46,773 bases of DNA from an uncultured Nitrosomonadales bacterium (lineage in GTDB: Bacteria; Pseudomonadota; Gammaproteobacteria; Burkholderiales; Gallionellaceae), in NCBI GenBank assembly GCA_903873725.1, contig CAIQPV010000417.1, forward strand, positions 1-46,773, read 5' to 3'. Both the position numbers and the translations under genes were made by a program. Below are positions 21,393-29,112 of this stretch, one piece after another. Below the pieces are notes generated by a model. The model did no database searches. It was not told the origin of the DNA and saw nothing but the letters and a program-made list of their open reading frames with translations. Each line of letters begins with the position of its first letter. Within the stretch, counting starts at the first letter, position 1.

Positions 21393-24300
21393 TTATATGT
21401 TGGGCGGTGTCGGGGCAGGTGCTAAAGCCGGTGTTTCAACGGGTGCCGTATCCGGCAAGACGGGCAGTGCGGATGGCACTACGGAAAGCAGTTCCGAAGG
21501 TGGCTCGGCAAGTACCGGGGCGGGCATGACGGCGTTCTCCAGGATCGATGCGGCACCCTGCGCTACCCCAACCGGTACGGTCTGAATCAGCGGGATTACT
21601 GTCAGCGCGCCGTTGACATAAACAATGGTGTAATTGGTGGCGGTGAAAGTGCCTCCGCCAGCTCTACCTAGTGTGATCACATACGGACTGCCCAAGATGC
21701 TGGCAGATGCCGCTGTACCCGGACTCGTCTCTGTGAACGCTCCGATAGTTTCACCATTCACCAGGCCATCTGTGGTGAATGCCGTCAATATCATTGTCTG
21801 GCCGTAGGTCTTGGTGGCGTCTGCCGCCGTCACTGTTAATCCGGTTGGATTCACTGTCAGTGCACCTTTGATATAGCCTATGGCGTAGTTGGATGCAGTA
21901 AAAGTGCCACCGGTAGCGCTGCCCGGCGTGATTGCATACGGCCCCCCACCCACGCTGGCGGTTGCCGCCGTGCCGGGACTCGTTTCGGTGACGCTGCCGA
22001 CGGTTTCACCGGTTAACAGGCCAGCCGTGGTGAAGGCCGACAGTTTCTCTGTCTGCCCATAGGTCTTGGTGTAATTGGACGCAGTTACCGTCAAGTTGGC
22101 CGGGATCACCTTCAGTGCGCCGTTGGCATAACCTATGATGTAATTGGACGCTAGAAAAGTGCCGCCGGTTGCGCTGCCCGGCGTGATTGCATACGGCCCC
22201 CCACCCACGCCGGCGGTCGCCGCCGCGCCGGGACTCGTCTCGCTGACACTGCCGATGGTTTCACCGGCCACCAGACCCGTCGTGGTAAAGTGAGTTAGTG
22301 TTGGTGTCTGGCCGTAGGTCTTCGAGACATCGGAGGCTGTCACAGTAAGTGGAGCCGGGGTAATGTTGGCTGTCGTTATTCCGGAAGAGGCAAACAGGAC
22401 AAAATCAACAACGTTTGCGCCACTGATGGTGTAACCGTTGAATGTAACCGTCTTGCCGGTTCCCGCGCCTGTGTTACCAAAAGTTGCGGTACCGGGAAGC
22501 AAAGTGACAAAACCACCGTCAGCAGGCGAACCGACAAAAGTGAGAGTTGCAGCGTTGGCGCCGTCATAAATCTTGTTGTTCCCTTCCGCAAATACCCATG
22601 CTTTCGCGTCCACCGTGCCTGTTGCATTCGCGATGTAAGCTGCAATTTCCGCGCTCGTATTGGCGTAACCATTCGGATTAAACCGTATGGTGGTATTCAG
22701 TGCTGTTACCGCACCGGCAATAGTAACTGTTCCTCCGGCTATTCCCGGACCGGAGCCATTAAGTCCGGCTTCCATCACAATCGATGAGCCTGCAGAAACC
22801 GCGCCGGTTACGTTCACGTTCTGTCCCGCGTTCAGCAGAATTGACGAGCCTGCCGCGCCTGCGGCAATCGCGGAAATGACGTTCACGTTATTTCCGGCTT
22901 TCATGCTGATCGTGGAACCTGCCGCGCCAGCGGCGATGGCGGAGTTGACGTTCACATCGCGGGCGGCGACCAAGTCAATAACGGTTGTCGCCGCAACGGC
23001 AAGTATCGGGGCAGTGTTTGTCGTGGTTACATCACGTCCCGCGTTCATGCTGATCGTCGAACCAGCTGCAACGGCGGTGATTGCGGCTGAAGAGATCACA
23101 TCCAGCCCGGCAATCATTTCAATTGTTGTATTCCCGGCAGTGCCGGTGATTGCCCCCCCGATTTGCACGTCATTGCCGGCATTTATCGTGACCGACGAAT
23201 TTGCAGCGACCGCATTGATGATGGCAGTGGTGATGACGTCATGCACTGCGCTTATGCCGATTACGCTATTGGCGGCGGTAGCTGTGAGGACACCGCCTAC
23301 TCTTACGTCATTGCCGGCGTTTATGTTGATCGAGGAGACGGCAGCGACGACGGTAAGCGTGGCCGTTGAATCAACATCATGCCCGGCAGTCAGCACAATG
23401 TTTGCTCCGGCTGTGTCGGCGGTCATCGGGGCATTGACGAGTACGTCATGAACGGCATTCAACGTCAGCGTGGTCGCCCCTGCCCAGTGAACCGGTGCAT
23501 TGACGTTGATATCGCCATTGCTGCCGACTAACCCGTTGTTGCTGGAAATGGTAACGTTCGATGCAAGCAGCGTGTTGACAAGCGCCGCAGCAGTCATATC
23601 GCCTCCCGAAGCCGCGATAGTGAAGTCCGTTGGATCAAGCAGCCATAAACCCGTTTTTCCCTGCGGTGCCAACGTATCGATCCTTGCGCTATCGGCAATC
23701 AATACACGGCTGCCGGAGGTTTCGATAAAACCGCCATTCCCGCTATTCGGAGCCGAGGCATCCAGCGTGCCGCCCACATTCAAGGTACCGCGTTGCATGT
23801 CGGCCAGAAGCTTGATGGTCCCGTTGCGATTCTCGACGGTCTGCGCGCGGATCACACCCGTGTTGTTTACAGCGCTCTGCAAAAGGTTTCCCGCCGCCTG
23901 CGCGGTCAACAAAACTTGTCCGCCGTCGGCTTGGATCAATCCACCGTTCCGGATCAGCGCATTCACCTCGCCCTGATTTACCGTGATATTGAGCAGGCCA
24001 TCTCCGGCTACGTCGATGGTAATGGCTGTACCAGCGGCAAGAACGACTGTTCCGAGTTTCGCCGTGATGATGCCGTCGTTGCTGACGTTGGCACCCAACA
24101 GTGCTACATAGCCACCATTGGTGACCGTATTGATCGTTCCTTGGTTTGAGACCGTGCCATTATTCGTACCTGAAAAGTTGTAATTGCCTGCCATGAAGCC
24201 ACTGTCAGTGATGTTGAGGGTGGACGCAACCAGCCCGCCTACATTTACTTGCGCACCCTTGCCGAACAGGATGCCGTTCGGATTCACCAGAAACACTTTG

Positions 24301-24776
24301 CCGTTGGCCGACAGATCACCAAGAATGTTTGAAGGATCGGGGCCTAGCACACGATTAAGCACTATCGAATTGCTGTTTGGCTGTACGAACTGCACAGCTT
24401 CGTTGTGTCCGATATTGAAGCTCTGCCAGTTAATCGCCGCGTTCTGCGTTGACTGGATAATGGTCGTGCTGCCCGCAACACTGCTAATGCCCGCACTCCC
24501 CGCCGATACAACGCCTCCCGCAGGCAGTGCGTAAACATTGGCTGCAAAGGACATCATCAGGGAGATTGCCAGGGCTTTCAGGGGAAAGCTTGCGCCGGCA
24601 TTTTTAAAAATTGAAACACATGATAAATTATTGGGGCAAGACCTCCCCTCCACCTTTTCGGGAGAAAGCTTGGGATGGGGGGCATTACTCACGAAAAACA
24701 AGGGGCTTGTACCCTCTCTGGTACTTCCCCCGCAAACGGGAGGAGGCATCGGGTGTAATGGATTATTTAAGCTCAT
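21393..24776 (-). CDS. Two-partner-secretion exoprotein (TpsA): filamentous haemagglutinin N-terminal domain, beta-helix repeats and 3 MBG-type repeats
   Basis: TPS domain motifs NAAINWQSFNIGHNEAVQFVQPNSNSIVLNRV and FLVNPNGILFG. Long Ala/Val/Asn/Thr-rich beta-helix. Three 85-aa repeats (KTYGQT...GGPYAITPGSATGG...NY.IGY..GAL.V). Pro-rich tail. The start codon is uncertain (see findings). Confidence 0.9.
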   Translation of the reverse strand: MSLNNPLHPMPPPVCGGSTREGTSPLFFVSNAPHPKLSPEKVEGRSCPNNLSCVSIFKNAGASFPLKALAISLMMSFAANVYALPAGGVVSAGSAGISSVAGSTTIIQSTQNAAINWQSFNIGHNEAVQFVQPNSNSIVLNRVLGPDPSNILGDLSANGKVFLVNPNGILFGKGAQVNVGGLVASTLNITDSGFMAGNYNFSGTNNGTVSNQGTINTVTNGGYVALLGANVSNDGIITAKLGTVVLAAGTAITIDVAGDGLLNITVNQGEVNALIRNGGLIQADGGQVLLTAQAAGNLLQSAVNNTGVIRAQTVENRNGTIKLLADMQRGTLNVGGTLDASAPNSGNGGFIETSGSRVLIADSARIDTLAPQGKTGLWLLDPTDFTIAASGGDMTAAALVNTLLASNVTISSNNGLVGSNGDINVNAPVHWAGATTLTLNAVHDVLVNAPMTADTAGANIVLTAGHDVDSTATLTVVAAVSSININAGNDVRVGGVLTATAANSVIGISAVHDVITTAIINAVAANSSVTINAGNDVQIGGAITGTAGNTTIEMIAGLDVISSAAITAVAAGSTISMNAGRDVTTTNTAPILAVAATTVIDLVAARDVNVNSAIAAGAAGSTISMKAGNNVNVISAIAAGAAGSSILLNAGQNVNVTGAVSAGSSIVMEAGLNGSGPGIAGGTVTIAGAVTALNTTIRFNPNGYANTSAEIAAYIANATGTVDAKAWVFAEGNNKIYDGANAATLTFVGSPADGGFVTLLPGTATFGNTGAGTGKTVTFNGYTISGANVVDFVLFASSGITTANITPAPLTVTASDVSKTYGQTPTLTHFTTTGLVAGETIGSVSETSPGAAATAGVGGGPYAITPGSATGGTFLASNYIIGYANGALKVIPANLTVTASNYTKTYGQTEKLSAFTTAGLLTGETVGSVTETSPGTAATASVGGGPYAITPGSATGGTFTASNYAIGYIKGALTVNPTGLTVTAADATKTYGQTMILTAFTTDGLVNGETIGAFTETSPGTAASASILGSPYVITLGRAGGGTFTATNYTIVYVNGALTVIPLIQTVPVGVAQGAASILENAVMPAPVLAEPPSELLSVVPSALPVLPDTAPVETPALAPAPTPPNI
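21585..22349 (-). repeat. Three tandem 255-bp coding repeats (85-aa MBG-like modules) in the TpsA C-terminal region
   Basis: The LTVTA(S/A) module starts map to 22349, 22094 and 21839, an exact 255-nt period. Stretches such as ggtgattgcatacggccccccacccacgc recur at the DNA level. Confidence 0.8.
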
Positions 24777-24791
24777 CGTGTAACTCCATCC

Positions 24792-26459
24792 TCAAAAATA
24801 TTTCACGGCCTGCAACCAGAAACTGCCCGGCGAGTCGGGAGCTGAAGTAGCCGCTGCATTGCTCACTTTGTGGGCGTAATATGCCTTGACCACAAAATTG
24901 TCGGTACCCGTCCAGTTCAGTCCAACCCCCGCACCGCTCAAGGTCCTGCGGTTTTGTCCTGCCGCCCAGGAATTTTTGTCCACTGTAACGGTGCCGGTAT
25001 CGACGAAGCCTATCAACTGCATTTGTCCGGATAGTCGTTCGGAGAATTCAGGCAGTTGTTTTCTTGCTTCCAGATTCAGTACATAACCTTGGTCAGCATA
25101 GGCTTCGCCTTCCGGATAAGCCCGCACTGCATACATGCCACCCAGTTCCATTTTCTCGGAAACATCCAGATTTTTTGATGCAAATTGCCCATTGAGCGCT
25201 GCGTTAAGCGAGATCGATTCGGTCACGTTTTGCAGTCGCCTGGTACTGAACAAAAACTTGTTGTAATTGCCGTTGCTTTGCGCAGACACCGCATCCGAAG
25301 ACAACATTGCGGGGGTTTGTATGTCGATATTGCCGGCCGCCCATGTGAAGGAATAACTGCTCAGTCCAGCGCCACCGAAATTGTCGCGGTGGTCGCCATT
25401 GAGGCTTGACATCAATACGCGTACCTTTTTGTTAGTGACTGTCGAGGTAGAGTCAATCTTGTCCTGAAATGCCTTGGCATCGCAGGCAAGCTGGACATAG
25501 AGATTGTTGTTGCGCGAGCGGATCAGCGGATAGCTGCCGTAATAGCTTGCTATCTGTGCCGTACCATTGGCCTGCAGGCTTGAGAATGTTTCACCCAGTG
25601 AATATCGCAGATCGCTGTAGGCGAGCCCGGCCTTTGCTTTTCCGAATTGCACTTGGTAAGAAGCACGTGCATAGTTCAGCCCGGAACCGGAGGTCAGCAC
25701 GCGTAGCGTGGCAACATCGCCTTGGCCTGCCGGGTTATTGAAATTAACCGTCGCTCCCAAGCGGTTGGTTCCGGTGTAACGGTTGCCAGCGTTGTCTACA
25801 TCGACGTTCCCCGTGACGCGCTGCGCCGGTGTGACCTCAACGATCAGGTCGGATGTTCCCACGGAAGCGCCCGGAATCAAGCTTGATTTGACATTCACAC
25901 CGGGAAGGTCGGAGAGCAGAAGAATGTGGCTTTCGAGCGGGGCCGAAGCGATCGGGTCGCCGTTGTTCAGGCCGCCAAGAAGGCTGTTTGCCAGAGCATC
26001 GGAAAGGCTGCTTTGGTTGTGCAATGTGACCTTGCCGTATTGGCCTTCGATCACGGAGACTGTCACTGCTCCGTCCTTGATATCCTGCGCCGGCAAGTAG
26101 GCTTGGGCAACGAAGTACCCGTTCCGGTGATAATAATCCGCGATTCTGGTTGCCATACCGCGCAGGTCGGTGAGCGTCAACCGGCTACCCGGCTTGAAAC
26201 CGGTGACCGCGAGCAACTCATCTTCGGTATAAATCCGACTGCCGGTGACTTTAATCTTTTTGACATAAATTTCCACACTCCCGGATTCCGGAATGACCGG
26301 CACGTTACCTTGTTCAATTTCGACTTTTGGAGGCAATTTTTGCAGACTTTGGGCAGGCGGAATCTGCTGCATCTGACCACCGGCGACTGGCGGCTGCGCT
26401 GCAAAAACACCATGGCTCAGTACCAGCAACGCATACGGGAAAACTCTATTTATGAACAT
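24792..26459 (-). CDS. ShlB/FhaC/HecB-family TpsB outer-membrane transporter (POTRA + beta-barrel)
   Basis: The internal ATG at 26459 gives the signal peptide MFINRVFPYALLVLSHGVFA. POTRA-like region (IKVTGSRIYTEDELLAVTG...) and a C-terminal barrel ending ...WLQAVKYF. Located 15 nt upstream of the TpsA ORF. Confidence 0.9.
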   Translation of the reverse strand: MFINRVFPYALLVLSHGVFAAQPPVAGGQMQQIPPAQSLQKLPPKVEIEQGNVPVIPESGSVEIYVKKIKVTGSRIYTEDELLAVTGFKPGSRLTLTDLRGMATRIADYYHRNGYFVAQAYLPAQDIKDGAVTVSVIEGQYGKVTLHNQSSLSDALANSLLGGLNNGDPIASAPLESHILLLSDLPGVNVKSSLIPGASVGTSDLIVEVTPAQRVTGNVDVDNAGNRYTGTNRLGATVNFNNPAGQGDVATLRVLTSGSGLNYARASYQVQFGKAKAGLAYSDLRYSLGETFSSLQANGTAQIASYYGSYPLIRSRNNNLYVQLACDAKAFQDKIDSTSTVTNKKVRVLMSSLNGDHRDNFGGAGLSSYSFTWAAGNIDIQTPAMLSSDAVSAQSNGNYNKFLFSTRRLQNVTESISLNAALNGQFASKNLDVSEKMELGGMYAVRAYPEGEAYADQGYVLNLEARKQLPEFSERLSGQMQLIGFVDTGTVTVDKNSWAAGQNRRTLSGAGVGLNWTGTDNFVVKAYYAHKVSNAAATSAPDSPGSFWLQAVKYF

Positions 26460-26643
26460 GGTCACTTTCGTGGGGTAACTTGGATAACCGGAAGGGACAT
26501 ATTGATTGCGGTTACCGGACTTTGTCGGTCTGTTAGCGCACATAGCGAAGCGCCGCAAGGTGCGAATCAGGATCAATCAAGCGCCATGCATATTGGAGCC
26601 ATTTACGTTAAACTTCTGTTACCTATTATCAGGATTTGTTTCC

Positions 26644-27261
26644 ATGACAACTAAACCGCGCAAGAATCGCGCTGTCGAACCCGACGCCAAAGTACAGAAA
26701 ATTGGTCATGCGGCGGCCCGGTTGCACCGGCTTCTCAAGGAACTGGGACATACCCGCAACCTGGAAAAATCGGCAGCCACCATGCCGGATGCGCGCGACC
26801 GGTTATCCTTTATCGACAAGTCCATGCACGAAGCGTCGGAAAAAACCATCAGTGCGGTAGAAGTCTCAATACCGCTAACCAAGAGTAATCGCGCCGCCTG
26901 CAGCGACCTGGCTTTTCGCCTGTCTGAAGCCAGTTTCGGCAATCAAGGCAATTTAGTTGCAGAAACCATCACCAAGCTGGGCGAGATCGCTGCCGCCGAG
27001 GAAATTGTCCATCACAACCTGATGCAGATCATGGAAGCCCAGGAATTCCGCGATGTGGCGGGGCAAATGGTCAACAAGATTGTGGTCGCTGCCGTTGAGG
27101 TTGAGGCCATCCTGCTTGACCTGCTCAAGGAATACGCCCCGGATGCGAAAGATTCCCTGATCAGCACCCAAGGGTTGACTGCCGGCCCCGGTCTCAAGAC
27201 CGAAGACAACGTCAACGGACAGGACGAAGTGGATGACCTGCTTGCTTCGCTGGGGCTTTGA
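26644..27261 (+). CDS. cheZ: Protein phosphatase CheZ
   Basis: 205 aa from the ATG at 26644. MPDARDRLSFI, the active-site helix AQEFRDVAGQ (D...Q equivalent to E. coli D143/Q147) and the C-terminal CheY-binding peptide DEVDDLLASLGL. Confidence 0.85.
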   Translation: MTTKPRKNRAVEPDAKVQKIGHAAARLHRLLKELGHTRNLEKSAATMPDARDRLSFIDKSMHEASEKTISAVEVSIPLTKSNRAACSDLAFRLSEASFGNQGNLVAETITKLGEIAAAEEIVHHNLMQIMEAQEFRDVAGQMVNKIVVAAVEVEAILLDLLKEYAPDAKDSLISTQGLTAGPGLKTEDNVNGQDEVDDLLASLGL

Positions 27262-27316
27262 GTATATTGACCAATTAGCCGTTGTTGAGAGCGGCTATCA
27301 AAGACAGTAACCAATC

Positions 27317-28522
27317 ATGAACATAATTAGCGCTTTTGCCCAGGCCATGTCCGACAAGGACTTGGTGCTTCCGCTCAAAGATGGTACAGGCGCCGCGCTT
27401 AATGTGCTGCTGGTTGAAGATGAAAAATCCCAGGCTATGCTGATTGCCGCGCTGCTCGGTCATTATGGTCATAAAGTGCATACGGCCGGCACCGGGGAGC
27501 AGGCTGTCGACATGTTCAGGCAAATCAAGCCCGATCTGGTATTGATGGATGTAATCCTTCCCGGCATTGATGGCTATGAAGCCACCAAAGCGATTCGTGC
27601 GGAACACAAGGAATGGGTACCCATCATTTTTCTGACCGGACTCTCCGAAAAAGCCGACCGGCTGTACGCGTTAAAAGTCGGGGGTGATGATTTCTTCGCG
27701 AAACCGGTCGACCCTGCCATGCTCCTCGCAAAAATGAACGTCATGAGCCGCATTCACGCAATGCAAAAGCAGCTTAACCAATATGTGGCAGTGCATGAAG
27801 AAGATGATGAACTTGCCGCTTATGTGATGGAGCGTTACCTGAACGCAAGCCAGCAAGATCCCAGAGTGGAATATTCGATACTGTCAGCTTCGCACCACTT
27901 TAGCGGCGATGCAATTTGCGTGGCAAAAACCCCTGACGGCGGCCTTAACGTGATGATGGTGGATGCCATGGGTCACGGATTGCCTGCGGCCATAAATGTC
28001 TTACCGGCAATACAGGCATTCTATGCGATGTCAAAAAAAGGCAAGCCGCTGGAGATTCTTGTCCCCGAAATAAATGACAAGGTTCGCGAACTTTCACCAT
28101 CGGGACGTTTTCTGGCCGGAACGTTTCTGCATCTGAATCATTTGAATTCGGAACTTACCGGCTGGATTGGCGGCACGCCGAAAATCTATTTGTATTGCGC
28201 GGGCGAAATTCAATCCTTTAGCTCAGGCAACCTCTCGCTCGGGATTCTTGCTTCGAACAAACTCGATTTAAAGTTTTTCAGCGCACCATGGTCGGATAAA
28301 TCAATGCTGGTGACTTGTACAGACGGTGTACTTGAATCTCAAGGACCGGACGGCCATGACCTGGGAGAAAATTGGGTTTGCGACGTTATTCAAACCTTCG
28401 GCAATACCTTGGATAAAGCGGTTTTTGACAGGGTCTGGAAAGAAAGCCTGGCTGGCAACAAGCCGCATGATGACGCATCGATTCTGATCATCAACCAAAA
28501 CCTGGTTAAACTTGCACCTTGA
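27317..28522 (+). CDS. Fused response regulator (REC) / PP2C-type (SpoIIE) serine phosphatase
   Basis: REC: LLVEDE, phospho-acceptor in LVLMDVILPG, FLTG, FFAKP. PP2C: GDAICV...VMMVDAMGHGLPAA, TCTDGVLE, HDDASILII. The metal-binding Asp residues appear present. Confidence 0.88.
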   Translation: MNIISAFAQAMSDKDLVLPLKDGTGAALNVLLVEDEKSQAMLIAALLGHYGHKVHTAGTGEQAVDMFRQIKPDLVLMDVILPGIDGYEATKAIRAEHKEWVPIIFLTGLSEKADRLYALKVGGDDFFAKPVDPAMLLAKMNVMSRIHAMQKQLNQYVAVHEEDDELAAYVMERYLNASQQDPRVEYSILSASHHFSGDAICVAKTPDGGLNVMMVDAMGHGLPAAINVLPAIQAFYAMSKKGKPLEILVPEINDKVRELSPSGRFLAGTFLHLNHLNSELTGWIGGTPKIYLYCAGEIQSFSSGNLSLGILASNKLDLKFFSAPWSDKSMLVTCTDGVLESQGPDGHDLGENWVCDVIQTFGNTLDKAVFDRVWKESLAGNKPHDDASILIINQNLVKLAP

Positions 28523-28619
28523 TCTGCGTCAACAAATTTTACATTGGATCGTTATTGAACATGCTGACATCATGTTTGACCGTCAGCTCGACCTACCCAC
28601 AAAACAAATGGAGGAATAA

Positions 28620-28985
28620 ATGAAACTTACGCACATTTCCACTATTATCATTGCAACTGTTTTTCTGAGTTCAACCACCGGGGTTTTTGCGGCTGATGCA
28701 CAGCCGGCACAAAATGGCCAGCAGGCCAAAAAGAATTGGAACAAAGATCACCCGCGTCGCCATGAAGTCAATCATCGGCTCAATAATCAGAACAAACGCA
28801 TCAACAATGAAGTCAAGGAAGGTGAAATTTCCAAGGGACAGGCTGCCAATCTGCATAAGGAAGATCACCAGATTCGCCAGGAAGAACGTGCTATGGCATC
28901 TCAAAACGGCGGACATATCACCAAGCAGGAACAGAAAACGCTTAACCAGCAGGAAAACGCAGTCAGCAATCAAATCGGTAAGTAA
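28620..28985 (+). CDS. Small secreted basic Gln/Asn/Lys-rich protein, unknown function
   Basis: 121 aa. Strong RBS GGAGGA. Signal peptide ...TTGVFA/AD. Internal twofold pattern (GEISKGQAANLHKED / GHITKQEQKTLNQQE). The coding region is visibly more AT-rich than its neighbours. Confidence 0.65.
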   Translation: MKLTHISTIIIATVFLSSTTGVFAADAQPAQNGQQAKKNWNKDHPRRHEVNHRLNNQNKRINNEVKEGEISKGQAANLHKEDHQIRQEERAMASQNGGHITKQEQKTLNQQENAVSNQIGK

Positions 28986-28991
28986 ATTCAA

Positions 28992-29024
28992 AGTCCAGGC
29001 ATACCAGGATGACCTGGACTCTTT
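28992..29024 (+). terminator. Candidate terminator hairpin after the small secreted-protein gene
   Basis: 8-bp stem AGTCCAGG (28992-28999) pairs with CCTGGACT (29013-29020). The loop is 13 nt, followed by cTTTc. The T-tract is weak. Confidence 0.4.
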
Positions 29025-29112
29025 CCCGTCAAGGCAATCAGAAAGGACATCACATGAATCCGATTCTTGGGATTTTCCTGCCTATGCAAAAATTCCATAA
29101 CGACCAAAATAG

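Noticed and set aside
22687-23451. 254-aa plus-strand ORF rich in Ala/Thr/Pro/Val
   Set aside because: It is the antisense reading of the repetitive beta-helix region of tpsA. Codon periodicity favours the minus-strand gene.
21393-24776. TpsA as a contact-dependent inhibition (CdiA) toxin
   Set aside because: There is no VENN/pre-toxin motif and no divergent C-terminal toxin domain. The next gene is a pilin rather than a small immunity ORF.
26460-26576. 39-codon N-terminal extension of the tpsB ORF
   Set aside because: A canonical signal peptide begins at the internal Met (26459). The extension has no signal-like features.
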